Below are positions 47,486 through 63,918 of a stretch of DNA of 64,000 nucleotides, piece by piece. The notes under the pieces are model-generated. The model was not told the DNA's origin. It was given only the letters and a program-made list of their open reading frames with translations, and searched no databases. Made by a program: the position numbers and the translations under genes. Positions within the stretch are counted from its first letter, which is position 1, and every line of letters begins with the position of its first letter. The DNA is from Burkholderiales bacterium (GTDB taxonomy: Bacteria; Pseudomonadota; Gammaproteobacteria; Burkholderiales; Burkholderiaceae_C). The DNA lies in the NCBI GenBank assembly GCA_031359975.1, contig JANMAS010000499.1, positions 3,149 to 67,148 of the forward strand. The letters run 5' to 3'.

Positions 47486-47560
47486 GCGCGTTCTCCCGGA
47501 TCAACCGTCATGAATACCTGACGCATTGTCGCATTCGACGGTTGACGCGGTGTGACTTCA

Positions 47561-48475
47561 TCAACTTAGTCGGGCCCTCGATTTGACGAATTCTTCCGCG
47601 TAGACCACCGCCCCGGCCGCGTCGGCAGCCGTGCCGTCGGCACCTACCTGGTGCACGATGCCGGGCTGGGCCACGACGATCGGGCCACCGATCATGACGA
47701 CCAAGGCCGGATTGCGGGACTGCGCCCGAATCTCCAGGATGACCGCCGCCACTGCCGGAATCTGGCTTTCGGCGCCGATCGACAGGCCGCACACGTCGAA
47801 CCACTCCTCGCGCGTCGCGTTCACGATCTCGGCCGCCGAAACCGCCGTGCGCGCCCACACATCCCAGCCCGCGCGGCGGAAAAACTCCGACACCATCAGC
47901 AACCCGAAGGTGTGCTGCGAATTGGGCACCGGCGTGAGCAGGGCGCGCCGATCGCAGGATCCGCTCGGTGTGGCCTTGTGGAACGCCGGGCTCAGGTCGT
48001 ACATCACCTGCTGGATGCGCCACAAACCCAGCGTCACCTCGGCGAAATCACACAGGTCGGCCTCCCACAGCTCGCCCAACCAGCGTGCCGCGGGGGCCAG
48101 CAGCTCCATGTAGATGACATCGAGTTCGACGCCCTCGTTGCGCAGCGTGTCGACATATCGCGCCACGGCGGACGGATCCACATCGAGCGCGATCTGCGCA
48201 AACTCGGCCACCTCGGCCTGGCCGGGCGGCGTTCGGGCGGCTTCGTTTCGTGCCTGGGTGCCGGCCTCGCGGGTGGCGTAGTGGGCCAGCATGAGGCGCG
48301 GAATGATGTCGGCTTCGATCGTGCGAGCCAGCCAGCGGCTGCGGTCTTCGGCCGTGCGGTCGTTCGCGGGCGCCTGGATCGGCGCGCCGGGGCGACCATC
48401 CCAGAGTTCGGGCTGCGACGCACTTTCCGAACCCGACTCCTCCGGCAAGCGAAATTCCCGCGTCAACCTGTCCAT
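47561..48475 (-). CDS. ppaA: Cobalamin-binding antirepressor PpaA/AerR
   Basis: The ATG at 48475 has an RBS AGGAGA. The B12-binding-domain segment is LLTPVPNSQHTFGLLMVSEFFRRAGWDV, followed by IGGPIV. It occupies the conserved position upstream of ppsR. Confidence 0.8.
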   Translation of the reverse strand: MDRLTREFRLPEESGSESASQPELWDGRPGAPIQAPANDRTAEDRSRWLARTIEADIIPRLMLAHYATREAGTQARNEAARTPPGQAEVAEFAQIALDVDPSAVARYVDTLRNEGVELDVIYMELLAPAARWLGELWEADLCDFAEVTLGLWRIQQVMYDLSPAFHKATPSGSCDRRALLTPVPNSQHTFGLLMVSEFFRRAGWDVWARTAVSAAEIVNATREEWFDVCGLSIGAESQIPAVAAVILEIRAQSRNPALVVMIGGPIVVAQPGIVHQVGADGTAADAAGAVVYAEEFVKSRARLS

Positions 48476-48657
48476 CCAGTCTCTCCTGTCACGGCGCCCT
48501 TGCACCATGAACCATTGCTCTCGTGGCCCTGGCGGCCGCCCGGTCGTCGCCTGGCGTTGTCCGCATCCCCTCTTTGGCCCGCTGGAGGCGAACCGCCGCC
48601 GTAATGTCGGCGCAAGCATCGCGACGGTCAATGCGTTGTTCTACCGCCCGCCTGGTC

Positions 48658-48721
48658 AGGTTAGTGTCTTCAATGTGTGACGTCAACTCTAATTGACACT
48701 TTCTCGGCATCCGACTAGATT
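48658..48721. promoter_or_regulatory. Back-to-back sigma70-like promoters embedded in a 34-bp symmetric element (candidate PpsR operator) between ppaA and bchF
   Basis: The element at 48665-48698 is TGTC-N10-GACGTC-N10-GACA. The plus strand has TTGACA (48693-98)-N17-TAGATT (48716-21) reading toward bchF. The minus strand has TTGACG (48686-81)-N17-TAACCT (48663-58) reading toward ppaA. Confidence 0.45.
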
Positions 48722-48766
48722 CCCTCCTCATGGGGGCTCGTCGGGCCTCATGTGGAAAGTAGTTCA

Positions 48767-50550
<1,784 letters not shown>

Positions 50551-50561
50551 GGCAACCCGGA

Positions 50562-52188
50562 ATGCAACTCACTCTCTGGACCTACGAAGGCCCCACGCAT
50601 GTGGGAGCGATGCGCGTCGCCACCGCGATGGAAGGCGTGCACTACGTTTTGCATGCGCCTCAGGGCGACACCTACGCCGACCTGCTGTTCACGATGATCG
50701 AGCGGCTGCCCCGCCGTCCGCCGGTCACCTACACCACCTTCCAGGCGCGTGATCTGGGCGGCGATACCGCCCAGCTGTTCAAGACCGCCGCGCTCGAAGC
50801 CTACGAGCGCTTCAAGCCGCAGGCCATGATGGTGGGCTCCTCGTGCACCGGCGAGTTGATCCAGGATGACCCGGGTGGCCTGGCGCGTGCGCTCAACCTG
50901 CCGATCCCGGTGGTGCCGCTCGAGCTGCCTTCCTATCAGCGCAAGGAAAACTGGGGCGCTGCGGAAACCTTCTATCAGATGGTGCGCACGCTGGCCGGCC
51001 CCGCCGCCCTGGAACGCGCCGCTGCCCGTCAGGCCGATTCGGCACCCGCCGCCGCGCGCCCCGCCGGCCAGCGCCCGCGCTGCAACCTGCTCGGCCCCAC
51101 CGCGCTGGGCTTTCGCCATCGCGACGATGTGCGCGAGATCACCCGGCTGCTCGGCGACATCGGTGTCGATGTGAGCGTGGTCGCGCCGCTCGGTGCGTCG
51201 CCGGCCGATCTGGCGCGTCTGGGCGACGCCGATTTCAACGTCATCCTGTACCCCGAAACAGCCTCGATCGCGGCGCAGTGGCTCAAGCGCCAGTTCGGCC
51301 AGCCGAGCACGAAAACCATCCCCATCGGCGCGGGCGCCACGCGCGATTTCGTCAAGGAAGTGGCCGAGCTGGCCGGGCTCGATCCGTCGGCCGCGCTGGC
51401 CAACACCGAAGCCCGCTCGACTTGGTATGCCCGTTCGGTGGACAGCACCTACCTCACCGGCAAGCGCGTCTTCATCTTCGGCGATGCCACCCACGCCATC
51501 GCCGCCGCGCGCATCGCCCACAGCGAACTCGGTTTCACCGTCGTCGGCCTGGGCACCTACAGCCGCGAATTCGCCAAGGATGTGCGCGAAGCCGCCAAGC
51601 TGTACGGCATCGAAGCCCTCATCACCGACGACTACCTCGACGTTGAAACCCAGGTGGCCGAGCTGCAGCCTGAGCTGGTTCTGGGCACGCAAATGGAGCG
51701 CCACATCGCCAAGCGCCTGGGCGTGCCCTGCGCAGTGATTTCGGCGCCGGTGCATGTGCAGGATTTCCCCGCGCGCTACTCACCGCAGATGGGTTTCGAA
51801 GGCGCGAACGTGCTGTTCGACACCTGGGTGCATCCCCTGATGATGGGCCTCGAAGAGCACCTGATCGGCATGTTCAAGGGCGACGCCGAATTCCACGAAG
51901 ACGCCGCCCCGTCGCACCTCGGTGCGGGCCATGCCGCCGTGGCGGCCCCTGCCGCGCCGGTTGTGACAGCCGCCGCGCCCGTCGCGCCGATCGCGCAAGC
52001 CGCACAAACCGCTCAAACGGCACCGGCTTCACCGCCGATCGTCGTGCCGGCCTCGCTGGCCTGGGCGCCGGAGGCCGCGAAGGAACTGAACAAGATCCCG
52101 TTTTTCGTGCGCGGCAAGGCCAAGCGCAATACCGAACGCTACGCCCAGGACCAGGGCGTCGCCACCATCACTGTCGAGACACTCTACG

Positions 52189-52214
<26 letters not shown>
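50562..52214 (+). CDS. bchB: Light-independent protochlorophyllide reductase subunit B
   Basis: The ATG at 50562 gives [38 protein letters not shown]. The upstream part of track ORF 49608.. is bchN read in another frame. Confidence 0.95.
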
Positions 52215-56974
<4,760 letters not shown>

Positions 56975-56975
<1 letters not shown>

Positions 56976-57742
56976 TGATTCCTTCGTCCACCCCTTCCGC
57001 CGACAGCCCCACCGCCGCCATGCCTGGCGCGCGCGGCGCCAGCAGCTATGCCCAGCGGCGCGGCGAGATCGAGCACTACTTCGATCGCACCGCGGCACGT
57101 GCCTGGGCCCGGCTCACCTCGGACGCGCCGGTGGGCCGCATTCGCGCCAGCGTGCGCGCTGGCCGCGATCGCATGCGCGACACCCTGCTCTCCTGGCTGC
57201 CCCAGGATATGCGCGGCCAACGCCTGCTCGATGCCGGCTGCGGCACCGGCGCCCTCGCGGTGGAAGCGGCGCGGCGCGGCGCGCAGGTGGTGGCGATCGA
57301 TCTCTCGCCCACGCTGGTGGAGCTGGCGCGCACACGGGTGCCGGCCGATCTGCCCGGCCACATCGAATTTCGCTCCGGCGACATGCTCGATCCGGCGCTC
57401 GGCCACTTTGATCATGTGGTGGCGATGGATTCGCTCATCCACTACCGCACCCCCGATGCGGTGCGCGTGATCGAAAGCCTGGCGCGGCGCGCCGGCACAT
57501 CGATGTTGTTCACCTACGCGCCGCGCACACCGCTGCTGGCCACCATGCATGCGGTGGGCCTGCTGTTTCCGCGCGGCGATCGTGCGCCCTCGATCGTGCC
57601 GGTGGCACCGTCGGATCTGGCGCGCCGGATCGATACCCATGCCGACATGGCCGATTGGCAGCGCGCGCGCACCCAGCGCGTGGCGAGCGGCTTCTACACC
57701 TCCCAGGCGCTGGAGCTCTCGCGCCGGAAGGCCGCCGAGTGA
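56975..57742 (+). CDS. bchM: Mg-protoporphyrin IX methyltransferase
   Basis: The ATG at 56975 shares a TGATG junction with bchL. The SAM motif is LLDAGCGTGALAVEAARRGAQVVAIDLS. Confidence 0.92.
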
Positions 57743-59181
57743 TCAAGCGCATGCCCAACGTCGCCAGGATGTGGACGCATCTCGGCCCACGCTTCCTGCC
57801 GTTCGCCGATGCGGCCACGGTTGAACTGCCCTTGCCGCGCCTGATGCGGCTGGCGCTGTTCCAGGTGTCGGTGGGCATGGCCACGGCGTTGCTGGTGGGC
57901 ACCTTGAATCGGGTCATGATCGTCGAAATGGGCATGGCGGCCTGGCTCGTTTCGCTGATGGTGGCGCTGCCGCTGGTGTTTGCGCCGCTGCGCGCGCTGG
58001 TGGGTTTTCGCTCCGACGTGCACCGCTCGGTGCTCGGCTGGCGCCGTGTGCCCTACATCTGGCTGGGCAGCATGGTGCAGTTTGGCGGCCTGGCCATCAT
58101 GCCGTTTGCGCTGATCCTGCTCTCGGGTGATGGCGATGGCGGACGCACCCCGATGTGGCTGGGCCATGTGAGTGCCGCGCTGGCCTTCCTGATGGTGGGC
58201 GCGGGCCTGCAGACCACGCAAACCGCCGGCCTCGCGCTGGCCACCGATCTGGCCCCCGCCGAAGCGCGGCCGCGGGTGGTGGCGCTGATGTACGTGATGC
58301 TGCTGGTGGGCATGGTGGGCAGCGGGCTGGTGTTCAGTGAGCTGCTGCGCGACTTCAGCAACACCCGGCTGGTGCAGGTGGTGCAAGGCGCGGGCGTGTT
58401 GACGATGGTGTTCAATTCCATCGCGCTGTGGAAGCAGGAGCCGCGTGATCCCGGGCGCACCGCGCCGCATCTGCCGCGCCCGGCGTTCCGAGACATGTGG
58501 CGCCGCTTTGCCGGCCGTGGCCAATCGCGCCGCTACCTGCTCGCCGTGGGCCTGGGCACCGCCGCCTTCAGCATGCAGGACATCATCCTCGAACCCTACG
58601 GCGGCGAGATCCTCAAGCTCGGCGTGGGCGCCACCACGATGCTCACCGCCTTGATGGCGATGGGCGCGCTGGGCGCATTTTCACTCGCCGGCCGAGCGCT
58701 CATCCGAGGCGCCGATGCCTACCGCGTGGCGGCCTATGGCGCGCTGGTCGGCCTGGTGGCCTTCGCCGCGGTGATCTTTGCCGAGCCGCTCAACTCGCCG
58801 GGGCTTTTTCGCATCGGCGCCACATTGATCGGCTTTGGCGGCGGCCTGTTTTCGGTGGGCACGCTCACCGCTGCGATGAACCTCGAATCCGATGGCCTGC
58901 ATGGCCTGGCGCTGGGCGCCTGGGGTGCGGTGCAGGCCACCTGCGCCGGCGTGGCCATCGCGCTCGGTGGCGCGCTGCGCGACGTGATCTCGCACCTGGC
59001 CACCGAAGGCGTGCTCGGCACCGCGCTGGCCAACCCGGCCACCGGCTATAGCTTTGTCTATCACATCGAAATTTATCTGCTCTTCGCCACGCTGGTGGCG
59101 ATCGGCCCGTTGGTTCGCCGCGCGGCGGCGCCTTCAACCGCACGGCCGGGCAAGTTCGGCATGGCCGAATTCCCAGGCTGA
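57739..59181 (+). CDS. lhaA: Light-harvesting 1 assembly protein LhaA (PucC family)
   Basis: The start is GTG 57739 (GTGA overlap with bchM) or ATG 57751. The family segment is LFQVSVGMATALLVGTLNRVMIVE. The protein has multiple TM helices. Confidence 0.88.
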   Translation: MIKRMPNVARMWTHLGPRFLPFADAATVELPLPRLMRLALFQVSVGMATALLVGTLNRVMIVEMGMAAWLVSLMVALPLVFAPLRALVGFRSDVHRSVLGWRRVPYIWLGSMVQFGGLAIMPFALILLSGDGDGGRTPMWLGHVSAALAFLMVGAGLQTTQTAGLALATDLAPAEARPRVVALMYVMLLVGMVGSGLVFSELLRDFSNTRLVQVVQGAGVLTMVFNSIALWKQEPRDPGRTAPHLPRPAFRDMWRRFAGRGQSRRYLLAVGLGTAAFSMQDIILEPYGGEILKLGVGATTMLTALMAMGALGAFSLAGRALIRGADAYRVAAYGALVGLVAFAAVIFAEPLNSPGLFRIGATLIGFGGGLFSVGTLTAAMNLESDGLHGLALGAWGAVQATCAGVAIALGGALRDVISHLATEGVLGTALANPATGYSFVYHIEIYLLFATLVAIGPLVRRAAAPSTARPGKFGMAEFPG

Positions 59182-59203
59182 TTTCATTCCAGGAGAAAAG
59201 CAC

Positions 59204-59980
59204 ATGCCCACAGGCGCCATCACCCCGTATATCGACGTCGCCCAGCTCGTGCTGTACGCGTTCTGGATCTTCTTTGCGGGCTTGATCTACTACCTCCATC
59301 GCGAGAACAAGCGCGAGGGTTACCCGCTGGAATCCGATCGCTCCGGCGGACGCATCATCGTCCAGGGGTGGCCGGCGATTCCGAAACCCAAGACCTTTCT
59401 CCTGGCCAGTGGCGAAGTGGTGAGCGCGCCCAACAACAAGGTTTCCCCCCAGCGGATGAATGCCGAACCCAGCGCCAACCACCTCGGCGCGCCGATGGTG
59501 CCCATCGGTGACCCGATGCTCGCCAACGTGGGCCCGGGCTCCTATGCCGATCGGGCCGACCGGCCCGACACCACGCTCGAAGGCACGCCTCGCATCGTGC
59601 CGCTGCGCGCGGCCGGCGACGGTTTCGATGTCGATGGCAAGGATCATGATCCACGTGGCATGACGGTATTCGGCACCGATCGCAAGCCCGGCGGCACCGT
59701 CACCGATCTGTGGGTGGATCGCGCTGAAATGCTGTTTCGCTACATCGAAGTCGAAACCGGCTCCGGCGCCGGCAAGCACCGTGTGCTGCTGCCGATCAAC
59801 TTCACCAAGATCAACCGCCGCGGCGTCACCGTCTCGGCCATCACCGGCGCGCAGTTCGCCAACGTGCCCACCACCAGGCAGGCCGATCAGGTGACCTTGC
59901 TCGAAGAAGAAAAGATCATGGCCTACTACGGCGCCGGCATGCTGTACGCCACGCCCGACCGGCAGGAGCCGCTGCTGTGA
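59204..59980 (+). CDS. puhA: Photosynthetic reaction centre H subunit
   Basis: The ATG at 59204 has an RBS AGGAGA. The family segment is ITPYIDVAQLVLYAFWIFFAGLIYYLHRENKREGYPLE. 258 aa. Confidence 0.93.
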   Translation: MPTGAITPYIDVAQLVLYAFWIFFAGLIYYLHRENKREGYPLESDRSGGRIIVQGWPAIPKPKTFLLASGEVVSAPNNKVSPQRMNAEPSANHLGAPMVPIGDPMLANVGPGSYADRADRPDTTLEGTPRIVPLRAAGDGFDVDGKDHDPRGMTVFGTDRKPGGTVTDLWVDRAEMLFRYIEVETGSGAGKHRVLLPINFTKINRRGVTVSAITGAQFANVPTTRQADQVTLLEEEKIMAYYGAGMLYATPDRQEPLL

Positions 59981-60735
59981 AACTCCGTGCTGTTGCCAAA
60001 CCCCCATCGGCCCAGACCACCGGGCCGCATGTCTCGCCCGAGCACGAATTCGAGGCGGCGCATGGCCTGCCCGAGCCGCTGCCCGCGGGTGAAAAGCTGC
60101 TGTGGCAGGGCTCGCCCGACCTGCGCGAGCTGGCTCGCCGTGCCTTCCATCTGCGCAGCCTGACGATCTACTTCGGTGCGTTGACGGCCGCGCGTGTGGT
60201 GGCGGTGCTGTGGCAAGGTGGCAGCACCACCGACGCCGCCGTGGCAGCGTTGTGGTTCGCGGCCATGGGCGCCGTGGCGCTGGCGCTGGTGCTTGTGCTG
60301 GCCTGGCTCACCGCCCGCACCACGGTGTACACACTCACCGACAAGCGCGTGGTGATGCGCATCGGCATCGTGCTCAGCGTCACCTTCAATCTGCCCCTGC
60401 GCAGCCTCGATGCCGCCGGCCTCAAGCTGCACCGCGACGGCATCGGCGACATCCCGCTCACGATCGGCGGCAGCGATCGCATCGCGTGGTTCCACCTGTG
60501 GCCGCACGCGCGGCCGTGGCAGGTGGCCAAGCCACAACCCATGCTGCGATGCGTGCCCGATGCCCAGCACCTGGCCGGCCTGCTCGCCCAGGCCTGGACC
60601 GCCGTGCGCGGCGCCTCGCTGGCCGAGGTGGAAGCGCAACCGCAAGCCACCGCGCCGGACGTCCGCATGCCCAGGCCGGCGCGATCCGCCACCCCCGGCG
60701 GTTTGGCAACCGACCTGTTGAAAGCATCGCGATAA
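59977..60735 (+). CDS. puhB: Photosynthetic complex assembly protein PuhB
   Basis: The GTG start overlaps the puhA stop (GTGA). The segment GEKLLWQGSPDLRELARRAFHLR plus TM pairs is typical of PuhB. Confidence 0.85.
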   Translation: MKLRAVAKPPSAQTTGPHVSPEHEFEAAHGLPEPLPAGEKLLWQGSPDLRELARRAFHLRSLTIYFGALTAARVVAVLWQGGSTTDAAVAALWFAAMGAVALALVLVLAWLTARTTVYTLTDKRVVMRIGIVLSVTFNLPLRSLDAAGLKLHRDGIGDIPLTIGGSDRIAWFHLWPHARPWQVAKPQPMLRCVPDAQHLAGLLAQAWTAVRGASLAEVEAQPQATAPDVRMPRPARSATPGGLATDLLKASR

Positions 60736-60757
60736 GCAACGATCACAAGGCAGCACG

Positions 60758-61222
60758 ATGAGCACCCCCGCACCGCATCCGCATCCCCACGACGAACAAG
60801 CACTGCCTCGTGGCCCGCTGATGGCCATGATCGCGCTGGTGCTGGTGGCGCTGGCGGCCGTGTCGCTGGTGCGCTTGTCCGGCATCGACATCCACACGCC
60901 CGACGCCGCCGCCGCCGTGACGCGCGAGCTGCGCTTCGAAGATCGCCCCGATGGCAGCATCGCCGTCATCGATGCCAGCACCGGCCATCAGATCGATGCC
61001 ATCACCGGCCAGAGCGGTTTTGTGCGCGGCACCCTGCGCGGGCTGGCGCGCGCCCGTAAGCTCGATGGCATCGGGCAGACGCAGCCGTTTCAGCTCATCG
61101 GCCGTGTGGATGGCCGCCTCACGCTGCGCGATCCGGCCACCAATCGCCAGGTGGATCTCGAATCTTTCGGCCCGACGAATGCGGCTGAATTCAGCCGTCT
61201 GATGGCTTTGCCCGCCAACTGA
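60758..61222 (+). CDS. puhC: Photosynthetic complex assembly protein PuhC
   Basis: 154 aa with a single TM helix, then [18 protein letters not shown]...[12 protein letters not shown], which is typical of PuhC. Confidence 0.85.
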   Translation: MSTPAPHPHPHDEQALPRGPLMAMIALVLVALAAVSLVRLSGIDIHTPDAAAAVTRELRFEDRPDGSIAVIDASTGHQIDAITGQSGFVRGTLRGLARARKLDGIGQTQPFQLIGRVDGRLTLRDPATNRQVDLESFGPTNAAEFSRLMALPAN

Positions 61223-61236
61223 AAGTACCCTCGCCC

Positions 61237-62358
61237 ATGGACGATCTCATGCATCCCCTCGCGCCCGCCGCCGCCGCCGCCGCAGCCGCAGCCGCCCAGC
61301 CGCTTCTGCCGGCCGGCACCAGCGCCAGTTCCACCGAGCGCGCGCGCGCTGACTCCCTGTTGAGCCCGCGCTTTTACACCACCGATTTCGCGGCCATGGA
61401 TCGCCTCGACGTAAGCGCCTTGCGCACCGAGTGGGATGCGCTGCTGGCCGAATACGAAGGCGACAACAACCACGATCACTTCCAGCGCAATGCGGAGTTC
61501 GACCGCGAAGTGAAGCAGCTGCCGCCTGAGTTGCATCAGGAGTTTCTCGACTTCCTCATCAGCTCGATCACGTCGGAATTCTCAGGCTGCGTGCTCTACA
61601 ACGAGATCAAGAAAAACGTCACCAACCCCGACATCAAACAGTTGATGACCTACATGGCGCGCGACGAATCGCGCCACGCCGGTTTCATCAACCAGTCGCT
61701 CAAGGATTACGGCCTCGGCGTGGATCTCGGCGGCCTCAAGCGCACCAAGGCCTACACCTACTTCAAGCCCAAGTACATCTTCTACGCCACCTACCTCTCC
61801 GAGAAGATCGGCTACGCGCGCTACATCGCCATCTACCGCCAGCTCGAGCGGCACCCCGAGAAGCGCTTTCATCCGATCTTTCGCTGGTTCGAGCGCTGGT
61901 GCAACGATGAATTCCGCCATGGCGAATCGTTCGCGCTGATCATGCGCGCCAACCCGCACCTGCTGCGCGGCGGCAACGTGCTGTGGATTCGCTTCTTCCT
62001 GCTGGCCGTGTTTGCCACGATGTACGTGCGCGATCACATGCGGCCGGCGCTGCACCACGCGATGGGGCTTGATTCCACCGAGTACGACATGAAGGTGCTG
62101 CACATCACCTCCGAGATCTCGAAGCAGGTGTTCCCGATCACGCTGGATCTCGAACACCCGGCCTTCCGCGCGGGGCTTGATCGCCTGGTGCGCATCGGCA
62201 CCGCCGCGGCCGCGGCCAAGGCACGCGGTGGTGTGATCGGCCGTGTCAAACACGCGGCCTGGGCGGTGGCCGGTGCCGCCACGTTTGCACGCATGTACCT
62301 GCTGCCGGTGAAGCGCCACGATCTGCCGCAGCAGGTGCGCCTCGCGCCCGCCTGGTAA
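61237..62358 (+). CDS. acsF: Aerobic Mg-protoporphyrin IX monomethyl ester oxidative cyclase
   Basis: Family segments are [15 protein letters not shown] and the di-iron motifs [10 protein letters not shown] and NDEFRHGE. The N-terminus has a poly-Ala tract from a GCC/GCA run. Confidence 0.95.
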   Translation: MDDLMHPLAPAAAAAAAAAAQPLLPAGTSASSTERARADSLLSPRFYTTDFAAMDRLDVSALRTEWDALLAEYEGDNNHDHFQRNAEFDREVKQLPPELHQEFLDFLISSITSEFSGCVLYNEIKKNVTNPDIKQLMTYMARDESRHAGFINQSLKDYGLGVDLGGLKRTKAYTYFKPKYIFYATYLSEKIGYARYIAIYRQLERHPEKRFHPIFRWFERWCNDEFRHGESFALIMRANPHLLRGGNVLWIRFFLLAVFATMYVRDHMRPALHHAMGLDSTEYDMKVLHITSEISKQVFPITLDLEHPAFRAGLDRLVRIGTAAAAAKARGGVIGRVKHAAWAVAGAATFARMYLLPVKRHDLPQQVRLAPAW

Positions 62359-62391
62359 GGCAACGATCCCGCGCCCCAAGGCATCGTCGTC

Positions 62392-63192
62392 ATGCAGCAG
62401 ATCACCTGGCCCTTGCTGTTCACCTTGTTCGTCTGGTGGTTCAGCACCGGTGTGATCCTGTATCTCGACGGCCTGCCGCGCAAGACGTTCAAGTGGACGA
62501 TGGGCGGCGCCACCGTGCTGTGCCTGCTGGGCTTTGGCGGCCTGGCCGCCAGCAGCCAGCAAACCACCGTGCAGGGCGCCTACTGCGCCTTCGCCTGCGC
62601 GCTGCTGGATTGGGCCTGGCAGGAGGTGGCCTTCCTGCTCGGCTATGTCACCGGCTCACGACGCGAGCCCTGCCCGCCGCAGGCCCGTGGCTGGCGCCGT
62701 GCCTGGCTGGCGATCCAGGCCATCAACCACCACGAACTGGCCCTCGTGGTGCTCGCCGCCGCCGTGCTGGCCGTGAGCTGGGGCGCGCCCAACCAGACCG
62801 GCTGGTGGACTTACCTGATCCTGTGGACGATGCGTCAAAGCGCCAAGCTCAACGTCTTCCTCGGTGTGCGCAACCTGAACGAGAGCTTCCTGCCCGATCA
62901 CCTGCGCTACCTGCAAACCTATTTCGCGCGCCGCCCGATGAACGGCCTGCTCCCGATCTCGGTGATCGCCGCCACTGCGTTTGCCGTACCGCTGTGGCAA
63001 GCCGCGATGGTGCCGGGCGTGGACGATTTCCACGAAGCCTCGCTCACCCTGCTGGCCACGCTGCTCAGCCTGGCGACCGTCGAGCATGTGTTCCTGGTGC
63101 TGCCGCTGCCGTTCGAGAAACTGTGGGCCTGGGGCATGCGCTCGCGCGGGCCTCAGGCAACGATCGCGCCGAAGGTGGCGGCGGACGCCTGA
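62392..63192 (+). CDS. puhE: Putative photosynthetic complex assembly protein 2 (PuhE)
   Basis: 266-aa polytopic protein. The N-terminus is MQQITWPLLFTLFVWWFSTGVILYLDGLP. It occupies the conserved position after acsF. Confidence 0.88.
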   Translation: MQQITWPLLFTLFVWWFSTGVILYLDGLPRKTFKWTMGGATVLCLLGFGGLAASSQQTTVQGAYCAFACALLDWAWQEVAFLLGYVTGSRREPCPPQARGWRRAWLAIQAINHHELALVVLAAAVLAVSWGAPNQTGWWTYLILWTMRQSAKLNVFLGVRNLNESFLPDHLRYLQTYFARRPMNGLLPISVIAATAFAVPLWQAAMVPGVDDFHEASLTLLATLLSLATVEHVFLVLPLPFEKLWAWGMRSRGPQATIAPKVAADA

Positions 63193-63738
63193 GTGAATAA
63201 CCTTGCCTTGACCGCGTCATGGCAGTGGCTCTACCGCGGCCAGGAGCGCCCGCCCTTCGCGCTGCCCACGGCCCCCGGCCAGGAATCGGTGTGGGACTAC
63301 CCGCGCCCGCCCCGCTTGGTAAGCGATGCGCGCGAAGTGACAGTGTTCGCCGGCGACATCGAAATCGCCCGCACACGCCGTGCGATGCGTGTGCTCGAAA
63401 CCGCGAGTCCACCCACCTTCTACCTGCCGCCGCAGGATGTGCGCGTGGATCTTCTGTCGGCGGCGCTGGGATCTTCGCTGTGCGAATGGAAAGGCCGGGC
63501 CCGCCATTGGACGGTGAGAACCGGTGAGCGGCGCCTGGTTGCCGCGGCCTGGTCGTACGACGATCCCTTTCCAGAGTTTGCCGCGCTGCGCGACCTCATC
63601 TCTTTTTACCCCTCGCGCCTGGCGTGCCACGTCGATGGCATCCGCGTACTGCCGCAGCCGGGGGAGTTTTACGCAGGGTGGATCACGCCGGAGGTGGTGG
63701 GGCCGTTCAAGGGCGGGGTGGGGTCGAGCGGCTGGTAA
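63193..63738 (+). CDS. DUF427 domain protein
   Basis: The GTG start immediately follows the puhE stop (TGAGTG). The segment ESVWDYPRPPRL...FYLPPQDV...CEWKG is typical of DUF427. Confidence 0.75.
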   Translation: MNNLALTASWQWLYRGQERPPFALPTAPGQESVWDYPRPPRLVSDAREVTVFAGDIEIARTRRAMRVLETASPPTFYLPPQDVRVDLLSAALGSSLCEWKGRARHWTVRTGERRLVAAAWSYDDPFPEFAALRDLISFYPSRLACHVDGIRVLPQPGEFYAGWITPEVVGPFKGGVGSSGW

Positions 63739-63868
63739 GGCGTGCGTTGGTTCCAGCGCGACGCCTTCAAAGGCCATGCCGAAGCCTTGAGCCGACCGCG
63801 ATAACGGCCGGCAGTCACCGATTGCATGGCCAGCCATGGCCGGATTGGTGCCTCTCATCCCGTTCTTC

Positions 63869-63913
63869 TCTCCAAGGTGATCAATTTCGGTCGCCCCACC
63901 CCCACCTTGGAGA
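63869..63913 (+). promoter_or_regulatory. 11-bp perfect inverted repeat whose 3' arm contains the SD of the next gene
   Basis: TCTCCAAGGTG (63869-79) and CACCTTGGAGA (63903-13) are separated by 23 nt. The GGAGA in the 3' arm lies 5 nt upstream of the ATG at 63919. Confidence 0.45.
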
Positions 63914-63918
63914 TAACC

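Noticed and set aside
45668-47521. 617-aa plus-strand ORF across bchG and ppsR
   Set aside because: It is antisense to two well-supported genes and has no recognisable motifs, so it is a shadow ORF.
48476-48766. Exact PpsR/CrtJ consensus TGT-N12-ACA in the ppaA-bchF intergenic region
   Set aside because: I checked every TGT in the region by eye and none is followed by ACA after 12 nt. Only TGT-N12-ACG variants exist, and these are reported as a finding rather than as a canonical site.
61267-61300. GCC/GCA trinucleotide run giving a poly-Ala tract at the AcsF N-terminus
   Set aside because: It is an in-frame low-complexity tract in a variable N-terminal region. This is common in high-GC genomes and was not judged significant.
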